Assembly: GCA_040005235.1 (NCBI GenBank)
Contig: JBDTZG010000041.1
Coordinates: 1-50,614 of the forward strand
Length of the DNA stretch: 50,614 bases
Direction: 5' to 3'
DNA from: Acidobacteriota bacterium
GTDB lineage: Bacteria > Acidobacteriota > Thermoanaerobaculia > Multivoradales > UBA5704
Below are positions 33,194-42,348 of the stretch, piece by piece. The number at the start of each line of letters is the position of its first letter. Position 1 is the stretch's first letter. The notes under the pieces were generated by a model. That model saw nothing but the letters and a program-made list of their open reading frames with translations. It made no database searches and was not told where the DNA came from. The translations under genes were made by a program, and so were the position numbers.

Positions 33194-34561
33194 TTAGTCC
33201 AGATGGAACGACAGGGTCAAGATGATGGATTCCAACGCGATCTCTTGTTTGACACCGGCGCCGGGGACCGGTCCGGAGAGAGTGAACAGCGGGCCGCTCG
33301 CGTCGTTCTTGAAGGCCCGATAGTACGCCAGATCGAGCCGCATCTTCTCGCCGACCTGATAGCCGATCCCGGCCGTGCCGTGATTCTCGAAGATTCCCGG
33401 GGCGAACAGGCTAAAGAACGTCTGCGAATCCGGAATCGGGTTGTCGCTCTTGTTGTAGCCGCCGCGAAGAGTGAGCTTCGGCGTCGCCGCGAACTGAATC
33501 CCGAGCGCGAAGACGTCGATGTCCTCCCAGCCGGGACCGCGGATCGCGCCGGTCGCCGGGTTGATGCCGGAGTCGCCGAAGCCGGGGGTGGAGGAATAGA
33601 AGATCCGCTTCGCGTCGAGCGCCACAGCGAGCTTCGGCGAAGGCGTCCAAGCGAGTCCGAGGGCGGCGACGGCCGGCGCGCCGAGCTCGAACTTGATCTT
33701 CCGCGCGGTGCCGTAGTTCGGCAGGCTGGGGTTGGCGTGGACCGAGTTCCACTCGAAGTCCTCGAACTTCGTCTCGGTCGAGTAGGAAAAGCCGAGGGCA
33801 AAGGCGGGAGTGGCCTGGAAATGCGCGCCGACCTGGAGGCCATGACCCATCGCGCTGTCGGAGTCGACGCGCGGGAAGTAGCAGACCAGCCCGCCCGGGC
33901 TGGGGGAGCAGTCCGGCGCGGCGAAGCCGACCGGATCGCCGGCGAGGGTGGCGCGGGCGAGGTTCAGCGAAGCGCCGAGGGACAGCCGGTCGCTCGCCCG
34001 GTAGGACACGGCGAACGGGATCTTCAGATACTGATAGCTCGAATAGAAGCGGCCGAAGCCGCGCGGCTGGGGCGAGAGGATCGGGTTGGTCGAATCCTGC
34101 GGGTAGTCGACGCTGAATCCGGCGAGCCCCAGGAAGCCCATGCCGAAGGCGAAGCGGCTGTCCTTCTCATGGTGGGTCCAGCCGAACGCGGGGACCGCGG
34201 CGTCGTCCCCTTGGTCCTCGGTCCGGCCGGCGAACGGCCCGACGTGGCTTTCGACCGCGTTGTCTTGGCCGACGTTCTCCAGGCTGAATTGGAACTGGTA
34301 GCCGTCCATATGTCCGAGCAGCGACGGATTCAGGGAAAGAGCGCCGAGCGCGTCGTTGGGAAAGGCCACGCCTGCGCCGCCGAGGGCGCTGTTGACCGCG
34401 CCCACGCCGTGCAGGAAATGGCCGTTGCCCGCCGCGGCCGGCCGGGGCAGGCCCGCGTCGATCAGCGCGATCAGGGCAAAAGCCGCGAGCGGACCAAAAA
34501 GCCGGGGCGATGGGGTGGGGAAGGCGGGACCACGAGGGGCACCGAGACTACGGTCGGGCAT
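33194..34561 (-). CDS. OmpP1/FadL/TodX-family outer-membrane transporter
   Basis: Signal peptide, then GNG..L.G.G....LGGAGVA...D......NP hatch motif, beta-strand pattern and LRGGY; GGAGGAG RBS. Confidence 0.88.
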   Translation of the reverse strand: MPDRSLGAPRGPAFPTPSPRLFGPLAAFALIALIDAGLPRPAAAGNGHFLHGVGAVNSALGGAGVAFPNDALGALSLNPSLLGHMDGYQFQFSLENVGQDNAVESHVGPFAGRTEDQGDDAAVPAFGWTHHEKDSRFAFGMGFLGLAGFSVDYPQDSTNPILSPQPRGFGRFYSSYQYLKIPFAVSYRASDRLSLGASLNLARATLAGDPVGFAAPDCSPSPGGLVCYFPRVDSDSAMGHGLQVGAHFQATPAFALGFSYSTETKFEDFEWNSVHANPSLPNYGTARKIKFELGAPAVAALGLAWTPSPKLAVALDAKRIFYSSTPGFGDSGINPATGAIRGPGWEDIDVFALGIQFAATPKLTLRGGYNKSDNPIPDSQTFFSLFAPGIFENHGTAGIGYQVGEKMRLDLAYYRAFKNDASGPLFTLSGPVPGAGVKQEIALESIILTLSFHLD

Positions 34562-34858
34562 ATCTCCTCCGCGAGATGTGAAAAATCCATCAAGGATCGA
34601 ATGGAAAGGCACCGCCAACCGGTGCTGCAATTCCAGGGGTAGAGCAATTTTCCGGTTTCCCACTTGCGTTGGTTCGGGGCGCGCGAAACTATAACGACAC
34701 AAAGGTTGGGTCAAGACGAGAACGCTCTAGTGCGCGAAGCGGCTCCGAATCGGCGTGTGGTGACACCATAGAGAGTGCGTCCCGCGCACATTTGCGAGCC
34801 TCCCGGCTCACCCGCCGGAAAGCGGCCCGCCGAGAAGTGGCCGAAGAGGACCCGAGAA

Positions 34859-36580
34859 GTGATCGAGCCGAACCGAGAACGCCTGCGAGAAACCGAGCCC
34901 GGCCCCCGCCGGCGGCGCAGCGCTGCCGGGGGATGGACCCTCCTCGCGAGCGCCGCGGCCGCCGGCTTCGTGCTGCTGGCGATCGGCGCGTTGGCCGGCG
35001 GTCCCGCTTGGCCGCCGGCCCTGTTCGTCGGGATCGCCGCGGCGGCGCTTGCGATTCTCGCCGGCCGAGGTCGCGGTGTCGGATCGCAGATCGAGGGGGT
35101 CGGCGCCATCGGCGCCATCGGCGCCATCGCCGCCGAGCAGGCCGCCGCGCGCGCTGCGCTCCGCGAGTTGCGGGCGGGCGACCTGGTCGCGGCGGCGGCG
35201 GCGCGCCCGCACCTGGTGCCGAGAGTCCGCTCGGCGATCGTGACCGCGACGGAGGGGCTCGCGTCGCTCGCCGAACAGCTCCGTCAGGTCAACGGCGAGA
35301 TGGCGTCGTCGGCCGACGGGGTGGTCCGGATGACCGCGGAGCTTGCCTCGTCCTCTTCCGAGCTGTCGGCGTCGGTTGGCGAGATCACCGCCGCGATGGA
35401 GGAGCTGGCGCGCACGGCCTCCGGCATCTCGGAGCGCGCGACCGCCCAGGCCGAGTTGGCGGCCCGGGTCGAGTTGCGCGGCGCCATCGGCGAGGACGCC
35501 CTCGTCGAGGCGGTCGGCGGCGTCGTCGAGGTCGAGGGGCGGATCGCCGCGATCGCCGAGCGAACCGATGTCTTGGGGGCGCGCTCGAAAGAGATCTACC
35601 GGGTGCTCGACCTGATCGCCGAAATCGCCCAGGAGACGCACGTCCTGTCGTTGAATGCGGCGATCGAAGCCGCGGCGGCCGGGACCGAAGGGAGAAGGAT
35701 CGCGGTGGTCGCCGAAGAGGTCCGCCGGTTGGCGAGCCGGTCGCGCGATTCGGTCGCCTCGGTGCGCGCGCTGCTCGACGAGTTTTCGGTTTCGATCCGC
35801 GGCACCGTGGTCGCCACCGAAGAAGGGGCGAAGGAAACCCGCCGGGTGCTCGGGTCGACCGAGCAGGCCGCCGTGGCGGTCGCCCAGCTGCGCGCGGCGG
35901 GCGCCGAGACCTCCGCCCGGGCGCTTAAGATTTCCGCCGCCACCCGCGAGCAGGACGGCGCGTCGGACGAGGTGGTGGCGACGCTGCGCGACGTGGGCTA
36001 CGTGGTCGAGCGGACCGCCGCGGCGCTTCATGGCCTGGACGTCACGCAGACCCGGCTCGAACGGCTGGTGCTCGGCGTCGAGTTGCTGGCGCAGGGGCTG
36101 CGGCGCGACTCTCCGACCTCGCTGGTGCATCTGGCCGAAGGCTGGAGCGCGCGGCTCGCCGAGACCGCGAGGCTCGCTTCGCCGGCTGGCTCGGGCGATC
36201 CTGGGTATCAACGCGCCCTCGATGAAATGCTGACCGAGGCGCCGTATCTCGACGATGCATACCTGGTCGACGCGAAGGGGTATGCTCTCTACCTCGGTTC
36301 GAGACGAAGGCCGGTCGACGCCAAGGTTGCGGCCGCGGAAGGCGGCGAGCCGACGGCGACTCCGGAGCCCGGCAGCGAACGCGATCTTTCCGGCCGGCCC
36401 TGGTTTCGCGCCGTGGTGGCGCGCGGGCGGACCGTGTTGACCGCACCGTACGTGTCGGTCAACGGCAGGACCTGCTTCACGGTCGCGGTGCCGGACTTCG
36501 GGCCGAACGGCGAGCTGCGGTCGGTTCTCGGCGTCGACGTCGACGTCCACAACTGGACGCGGATCGGCGCGGTCGGGTAG
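34859..36580 (+). CDS. Methyl-accepting chemotaxis protein 1 with C-terminal Cache/PDC-like domain
   Basis: Two adjacent TM helices; hairpin ETHVLSLNAAIEAAAAG..GRRIAVVAEEVRRLA; C-terminal DLSGRPWF...TAPYVS...FTVAVP...VLGVDV. Start uncertain (34775 or 34859). Confidence 0.85.
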   Translation: MIEPNRERLRETEPGPRRRRSAAGGWTLLASAAAAGFVLLAIGALAGGPAWPPALFVGIAAAALAILAGRGRGVGSQIEGVGAIGAIGAIAAEQAAARAALRELRAGDLVAAAAARPHLVPRVRSAIVTATEGLASLAEQLRQVNGEMASSADGVVRMTAELASSSSELSASVGEITAAMEELARTASGISERATAQAELAARVELRGAIGEDALVEAVGGVVEVEGRIAAIAERTDVLGARSKEIYRVLDLIAEIAQETHVLSLNAAIEAAAAGTEGRRIAVVAEEVRRLASRSRDSVASVRALLDEFSVSIRGTVVATEEGAKETRRVLGSTEQAAVAVAQLRAAGAETSARALKISAATREQDGASDEVVATLRDVGYVVERTAAALHGLDVTQTRLERLVLGVELLAQGLRRDSPTSLVHLAEGWSARLAETARLASPAGSGDPGYQRALDEMLTEAPYLDDAYLVDAKGYALYLGSRRRPVDAKVAAAEGGEPTATPEPGSERDLSGRPWFRAVVARGRTVLTAPYVSVNGRTCFTVAVPDFGPNGELRSVLGVDVDVHNWTRIGAVG

Positions 36581-36613
36581 AGCGAGGCGGAGCGAGGGGG
36601 TTTGCGAAGGACG

Positions 36614-37069
36614 ATGCGACCGATGGATGCACAACAAAGCCCTGAACCCCTTCCGCGGCCTAGCGCCGGCCACCTGCTCGTGCGGGTGGGCGAGCAGATC
36701 TGCGCGGTGCCCGTGGCGGCGGTCCGGCGGGTGGTCCGCGCGCTTACCGTCCATCCTCTGCCCGGGGCGCGCGCCGAGCTTGCGGGCCTTGCTGAGTTTG
36801 CCGGCGAGCCCTTGCCGGTGCTCGACCTCGGCCGCCTGATCGGTGCGCCGATCGGCCCCCATCCGCTGTTTCCCGTCACCGTCGTGGTCTGGTCGCGCAC
36901 CGCCGACGGGCGCGAGGCGATCGGCCTCGCCGCCGACGAAGCTCTGGAGGTCGTCGACCTCTCCGCCTCATCTTGGCTGCCGGCGGCGGGTTTCCTGATT
37001 GGCGAGGCGCTGTTCGGCGATCAGGTGGTCCGCGTGCTCGATCCCGATCAGCTGGGGGGCGGATCGTGA
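36614..37069 (+). CDS. cheW: CheW-family coupling protein
   Basis: LLVRVG...AVPV..VRRVV.....PLPGA....GL.EF.GE.LPV.DL..L. Confidence 0.85.
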   Translation: MRPMDAQQSPEPLPRPSAGHLLVRVGEQICAVPVAAVRRVVRALTVHPLPGARAELAGLAEFAGEPLPVLDLGRLIGAPIGPHPLFPVTVVVWSRTADGREAIGLAADEALEVVDLSASSWLPAAGFLIGEALFGDQVVRVLDPDQLGGGS

Positions 37070-37380
37070 GCCCCGCGTCCTATCTCTTATTTCATAGCGG
37101 CGGCGGCCTGTGGGGGATCGAAAGCGGCCGGGTGGCGCGCATCGGCCCCGGCGGTTCGGCGTTGCGGGTCGAGCTGGCGGCCGGTGCCATGGCTCTCGCC
37201 GCCGACCGGGTGGAAGGGGTGGTGGAGGGCTTGGCCGTTCGCCCGCTTTCGACCGCTCTGCGCACCTTCTGGCCCGAGGAGGGGATCGGCGTCGCCCTCC
37301 ATGCCGGCCGGCCCGTGATCCTGCTCGACCCGCTCCATCTTCCCCTGCCCCTGGTCGCCTCTGGAGGGCCCGATGCCTGA
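37066..37380 (+). CDS. Short divergent CheW-like protein (104 aa)
   Basis: YLLF......GI....V.RI...LAADRVEGVV...GRPVILLDP; overlaps both neighbours. Confidence 0.65.
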   Translation: MSPASYLLFHSGGGLWGIESGRVARIGPGGSALRVELAAGAMALAADRVEGVVEGLAVRPLSTALRTFWPEEGIGVALHAGRPVILLDPLHLPLPLVASGGPDA

Positions 37381-39049
37381 CCCGAACTTCGCTCCGTCGA
37401 CCGGTGGTTCGAACCTCTCCGTTTCCGCGCCTCCCGCGAGGGCGCTCGGCAGCTCGATGCTGGGGCTCGTGCTGTTGGGATCGGTCCTGCTCGCCGGTTT
37501 CGCCCTGCTGCTGTTCGCCGAGGCGCACGGCGCCCCAGGCTGGTTGTTCGAGGCGTTCCTGCTCGTCGCCCTGGTCGCCGTGGCGGTTCAGCTCACGGTC
37601 GTGATCCCGGGGGAGCGCCGCCTCGCCGCGCTCGCTGAAACTCAGTCGCGCACCCGGGTGAATGCCGAAAGCGTCCTGGTCGAAGCGCTCGGACACTTGA
37701 GCTCCGGCGACCTGGTGCGCTGCTCCGCGCGAGGCCATGGCCTGCCGGGGGAGCTGGCGCCGGCGTTCGAGAGCGCCACCGCAGCGCTCGGCGTGCTCGC
37801 GCAGCAGATCCAGTCGAGCTCGATCGAGGTGGCGGGCGCGGCGAGCGGGGTGAATCAGATCGCCTCCGAGCTGGCTTCCGGTTCGTCCGAGCAGGCCGCG
37901 TCGGTGGTCGAGATCACCGCCGCGATGGAGGAGCTGGCGCGCACCGCGTTTCAGATCGCCGAAAACGCCGCGAGCCAGGCGGAGCTCGCGCAGCGCGCCG
38001 AAGAGAGCGGCGACGTCGGCGCCGCGGCGGTCGAAGAAGCGGTGGCCGGGGTCGAAGAGGTGAAGAAGCGGATCAGCGGCATCGCCGATCGCGCGGATTC
38101 GCTCGGCGCGCGCTCGAAAGAAATCTACCGCGTGCTCGACCTGATCACCGAGATCTCGCAGGAGACCCACATCCTCTCCCTGAACGCGGCGATCGAGGCG
38201 GCGGCGGCCGGCGAGCACGGCCGGCGATTCTCGGTGGTCGCCGAAGAGGTGCGCCGGCTGGCGCAACGCTCGCAGGAATCGGTCGAGTCGGTGCGCGCGC
38301 TGCTCGACGAGTTCGCGGGCTCGATCCGCGCGACCGTGGTGGCGACCGAAGAGGGGAGCAAAGAGGCGAGCCGGGTGCTCGAACGGGCACGCGCCGCGGC
38401 CTCGGCGATCGACGAGTTGCGCCGCGCCTCGGGCGACACGGCGCGGGTCGCGCGCGAGATCTCGCTCGCCACCCAGCAGCAGAATGCCGCCTCCGACCAG
38501 GTCGTTCTGACGCTCAAAGAGGTGAGCCAGGTGGTGCAGCGGATGGCCGACGGCCTGAAACAGTTCACCTCGACCGCCGACCGGTTGAACCATCTGGGGC
38601 TCCAGATCCAGATGCTCGCCCAGTCGTTCCATCTGGACACCCCCCATTCGCTCAAGCACGCCGCCGAGCTGTGGGCCAAAGAGGTCGAGCGCCGAGCCGG
38701 CAATTGGGAGGCGATCGACCGCCTGCTGCCCGAGCTGCTCACCCAGCGGGGGTACATCGAGTTTCTCTATTTCACCGACGAGGTCGCCGGCCAACTCTCT
38801 TCGGCGGCCAACCACGAGCTGCTCGGCAGCCGCGAGGTGCCCGAATCGGTGCAGCGCGGAACGGGATTCCAGGATCGGCCCTGGTTCCGGTCGGCGGTCA
38901 AGGCCGGGCGCGCGGTGATCACCACGGTCTATCCGTCGCTGATTTCGGGCGAGCCGATCTTCACGGTCGCGGCACCGGTCTACGAAGAGGGCCGGCTCGC
39001 CGGCATCCTCGCCTTCGACATCAACATCAACAGCTGGACCAAGATTTAG
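37373..39049 (+). CDS. Methyl-accepting chemotaxis protein 2 with C-terminal Cache/PDC-like domain
   Basis: Two adjacent TM helices, HAMP-like segment, hairpin ETHILSLNAAIEAAAAGEHGRRFSVVAEEVRRLA; C-terminal FQDRPWF...TTVYPSLISGEPIFTVAAPV...GILAFDI. Confidence 0.9.
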   Translation: MPDPNFAPSTGGSNLSVSAPPARALGSSMLGLVLLGSVLLAGFALLLFAEAHGAPGWLFEAFLLVALVAVAVQLTVVIPGERRLAALAETQSRTRVNAESVLVEALGHLSSGDLVRCSARGHGLPGELAPAFESATAALGVLAQQIQSSSIEVAGAASGVNQIASELASGSSEQAASVVEITAAMEELARTAFQIAENAASQAELAQRAEESGDVGAAAVEEAVAGVEEVKKRISGIADRADSLGARSKEIYRVLDLITEISQETHILSLNAAIEAAAAGEHGRRFSVVAEEVRRLAQRSQESVESVRALLDEFAGSIRATVVATEEGSKEASRVLERARAAASAIDELRRASGDTARVAREISLATQQQNAASDQVVLTLKEVSQVVQRMADGLKQFTSTADRLNHLGLQIQMLAQSFHLDTPHSLKHAAELWAKEVERRAGNWEAIDRLLPELLTQRGYIEFLYFTDEVAGQLSSAANHELLGSREVPESVQRGTGFQDRPWFRSAVKAGRAVITTVYPSLISGEPIFTVAAPVYEEGRLAGILAFDININSWTKI

Positions 39050-39064
39050 GCCCCTGGGAGTCCG

Positions 39065-41164
39065 GTGGATCCGGAGTTTGCTGACTTAGTTCCCCTGTTC
39101 GCCGAAGAGGCGCGCGATCGGCTGGCCCGCCTGTCGGCGACGCTCTCGCGCCTGGACGAGGACCGCGCAGCGCTCGCCGAGGCCCGGCGCGAGCTGCACA
39201 CGCTCAAGGGCGCCGGCCGGATGCTCCAGATCGCGCCGCTCTCGGAGCTCTGCCACGCGGCCGAAGAGCTGCTCGCCGAGCCCCGGCCGGGACTCGGCCG
39301 GCGGATGGTGCGGGTGGCCGACCGGCTCTCGGCGATGGTCGAGCAGGTGGCCGAGGGGCAGGAGCCGGATCGCGACCGCGAGCTGCTCGCCCTGCTCGAA
39401 ACGCCCGCCGCCGAGCCCGCCGAGCCGCCGGAACCGGCCGATCCCGCGTTGCCGCCTCCGGCTCCCGCCGCCGACCCGGCCGGCGCACCCGAGCGCCGCG
39501 GCGCCGAGCTGCGGCTCGACGCCACCTCGCTCGACGCGCTCGCCGAGCGGGCGACCCAGGTGCGTCTGTTGGCGCTCGGCGTGCGGCCGGTTGTCGACCG
39601 GCTGTACGAGCTGGCTCAGTTGGCCGAAGGGGGCCTGCGCGAGGCGCAGCCGACCCAGGTGCTCGCGGGGCTTGCCACAATGCTCCGTCGGCTCGCGATC
39701 GAGGTCGAGGGTCGCGAGCGGCGCCTGGTGCGCACGGCGGACGAGCAGATCGACCGCATTCTCACCCTTCAGCTCCAGCCGTTGCGCGACAAGCTCCAGT
39801 CGCTCGCCCGCTCGGCGCGCGATCTCGGCCGGTCGCTCGGCCGCGAGATCGACGTCGAGGTGGCGGGCGAGGAGGTGCGGCTCGACCGGCGGATCGTCCG
39901 CGAGCTCGAAGAGGCGCTGATCCATCTGGTGAGAAACGCCGTCGACCACGGGATCGAAGCGCCCGCCGCCCGGACCGCTTCGGGCAAGCCCGCGATCGGC
40001 CGGCTGCGCATCGCCGCCGCGGCCGAGGCCTCGCGCGTGCGTTTGAGTATCGAGGACGACGGCGCGGGCGCCGATCCGGAGGCGGTGCGAAACCAAGCGA
40101 TCGCCGCCGGCCTGGTGGGAGAGACCGAAGGGCGCGCTTTGCCGCGCGAGGCGATCTGGCGCTTTTTGTTCTCGCCGGGTTTTTCCACCCGGGTGGTCAT
40201 CTCCGACATCTCCGGCCGCGGCGTGGGGCTCGACGTCGTCTCTGCCGCAGCGTCCCGGGCGGGGGGCGAGGTGTTCTTTCAATCGACGCCGGGCAAAGGG
40301 ACTCGGGTGGAGATCGTCGTCCCGGTCGCCCGGCGCGGCGAGGCGATCCTGGTCCTCCGCGTCGGGGGGCTCAAACTGGGCCTGCCGGCCAGCTCCGCCC
40401 GCCGCACCACCCACATCGATCCCGCCACCGTGATCGAACGCGACGGCCGCCTGATCGCCAGAGTCTCCTCCGGCAAGTCCGCCCCCGACCGCCTGGTCCA
40501 CTTCGTGCCGCTCGGACGGCTGTGCGGGCGCGCGGACGCCGAGGGCCGGCTGCTGGTCGAGGGGATGGCCTCAGGCCAGCCGTTCGCGGTCTCGGTCGAC
40601 GACATCCTGGGCGAAGAGGAGGTCCTGGTCCGGCCGCTCGCCCGCGCGGCGGCGGCGGACCTCGCGGTCGAAGGCGTGGCTCTCCTCGCCTCCGGCGAGC
40701 CGATCGGCGTGCTCGCCCCCGCGGCGCTGGCCGAGCGCAGCCTCGCCCACCAGCCGGTGGTGCCGCGGCCGGCGCCGACACTGCGCAGAGTGCGGGTCCT
40801 GCTGGTCGACGACTCGCTGGTCACCCGCGAGATGGAGCGCCGCCTGCTCGAAGACGCGGGCTTTGCGGTGCGCGCCGTCGCCGACGGTTTCGAAGCGCTG
40901 AACCGCCTGGGGGAGGAGACCTTCGACTGCGTGGTCACCGATATCGAGATGCCGGGGATGAACGGCTTGGAGCTGACCGCGCGCCTGCGCTCGCTCGAAA
41001 ACTTCGCCCATCTGCCGATCGTCGTCGTCTCGACCCGCGACCGCTCGGAGGATCGCCTGCGCGGTCTCCAGGCGGGCGCCGACGCCTATCTAGCCAAACA
41101 GAGCTTAGACGCGGGCGAGCTGGTCGAGCTGGTGCGCCGGCTCGGGGGGCGTTTCGCTCCGTGA
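39065..41164 (+). CDS. cheA: Hybrid CheA (Hpt-HATPase-CheW-REC), WspE-like
   Basis: LHTLKGA Hpt; HLVRNAVDHGIE; DDGAG; PGFST; SGRGVGLDVV; C-terminal receiver with VTDIEMP. Confidence 0.93.
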   Translation: MDPEFADLVPLFAEEARDRLARLSATLSRLDEDRAALAEARRELHTLKGAGRMLQIAPLSELCHAAEELLAEPRPGLGRRMVRVADRLSAMVEQVAEGQEPDRDRELLALLETPAAEPAEPPEPADPALPPPAPAADPAGAPERRGAELRLDATSLDALAERATQVRLLALGVRPVVDRLYELAQLAEGGLREAQPTQVLAGLATMLRRLAIEVEGRERRLVRTADEQIDRILTLQLQPLRDKLQSLARSARDLGRSLGREIDVEVAGEEVRLDRRIVRELEEALIHLVRNAVDHGIEAPAARTASGKPAIGRLRIAAAAEASRVRLSIEDDGAGADPEAVRNQAIAAGLVGETEGRALPREAIWRFLFSPGFSTRVVISDISGRGVGLDVVSAAASRAGGEVFFQSTPGKGTRVEIVVPVARRGEAILVLRVGGLKLGLPASSARRTTHIDPATVIERDGRLIARVSSGKSAPDRLVHFVPLGRLCGRADAEGRLLVEGMASGQPFAVSVDDILGEEEVLVRPLARAAAADLAVEGVALLASGEPIGVLAPAALAERSLAHQPVVPRPAPTLRRVRVLLVDDSLVTREMERRLLEDAGFAVRAVADGFEALNRLGEETFDCVVTDIEMPGMNGLELTARLRSLENFAHLPIVVVSTRDRSEDRLRGLQAGADAYLAKQSLDAGELVELVRRLGGRFAP

Positions 41165-42348
41165 TCCGCGTCCTGTTGGTCGACGATTCGCCTTCGGTGC
41201 GCGCGGTGCTTCGCCGTTTCCTCTCGCGCACCGAGGATCTGGTGGTGGTGGGCGACGCCGAAGACGGCGAGCGGGCGGTGGCGGCGGTGGTGGAGCTACA
41301 GCCCGACGTGGTGGTGATGGACCTCCAGATGCCGGTGATGGACGGCTTGGTGGCGATCGAAAAGATCATGGCGCGGCGGCCGACGCCGATCCTGGTGCTC
41401 TCCTCGCGCGCCAACCGAAACCAAATGCAGACCGCGTTCGAGGCGATGAAGCGCGGCGCGATCGAGGTCCTGCCGAAACCGGAGGACACCGGCAGCTGGC
41501 AGCTCCTGGCCGACAGCCTGCCCGAGGTGGTGCGCGCCGCGGCCGCCGCGGTCGCCACCGTACGGCCGGCGCGAGGGGGCTGGAAGGCGACGCCCGCGCG
41601 GACCGAAGAAGCGGCCGCCCCGTCGCCGGCGCCCGCTACGCCCGCGGCGGCGGCGACACCGGCCATGGGCGCGGTTCCTGCTACGGGGCTCCCGCGCGCG
41701 CGGCGACCCGAGCGGCCGCTCCGCTGGGTCGCGATCGGCGCTTCGACCGGCGGGCCGGCGGCGCTGCGCGAGCTGTTCGACGAGCTGCCCGCCGATCTGC
41801 CGGTGTCGATCCTGGTGGTCCAGCACATCGCGGCCGGTTTCGAAGCGGGCCTCGCGGACTGGTTGAACAAAGAATTTCCGCATGATGTCCGGCTCGCGAA
41901 GGACGGCGAAATCCCCGCGCCCGGCGCGGTGCGGCTGGCGCCGGCCGGCTCCCATCTGCGGCTTGAAACCAACGGCAAGATCGGCCTCGACGCCGCGACC
42001 CCCGCCCGCCGCGGCCACAAGCCCTCGGTCGACGATCTGTTCCATTCGATCGCCCTGGCCGCGCCGCGCGAATCGGTAGGTGTTTTACTCACCGGCATGG
42101 GCTCCGACGGAGTCGAAGGGCTGCTCGCGCTGCGCGCGGCCGGCGGCATCACGGTGGCCCAGGACGAGGCGAGCTCGGTGGTCTTTGGCATGCCGCGGGT
42201 GGCGCTTGAAAAGGGCGCGGCCGATCTCGCGATGCCGCCGCGCGAGATCGCCCGCTGGCTCGCCCGCATCTGCCGCGGCGGCGACCGCGGGGACCGAAGT
42301 GATCGAAGCGAGCGAAGCGGCGAAGGCGCCGCGGGAGCGGGCTCGTGA
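41161..42348 (+). CDS. cheB: Chemotaxis methylesterase with receiver, WspF-like
   Basis: Receiver VMDLQMP; IGASTGGP, VQHI, PSVD and TGMGSDG; GTG start overlaps the cheA stop. Confidence 0.93.
   Translation: MIRVLLVDDSPSVRAVLRRFLSRTEDLVVVGDAEDGERAVAAVVELQPDVVVMDLQMPVMDGLVAIEKIMARRPTPILVLSSRANRNQMQTAFEAMKRGAIEVLPKPEDTGSWQLLADSLPEVVRAAAAAVATVRPARGGWKATPARTEEAAAPSPAPATPAAAATPAMGAVPATGLPRARRPERPLRWVAIGASTGGPAALRELFDELPADLPVSILVVQHIAAGFEAGLADWLNKEFPHDVRLAKDGEIPAPGAVRLAPAGSHLRLETNGKIGLDAATPARRGHKPSVDDLFHSIALAAPRESVGVLLTGMGSDGVEGLLALRAAGGITVAQDEASSVVFGMPRVALEKGAADLAMPPREIARWLARICRGGDRGDRSDRSERSGEGAAGAGS

Noticed and set aside
42279-42325. Degenerate 9-bp repeats at the cheB 3' end (GDRGDRSDRSERS)
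   Set aside because: In-frame low-complexity tail with no sign of phase variation.
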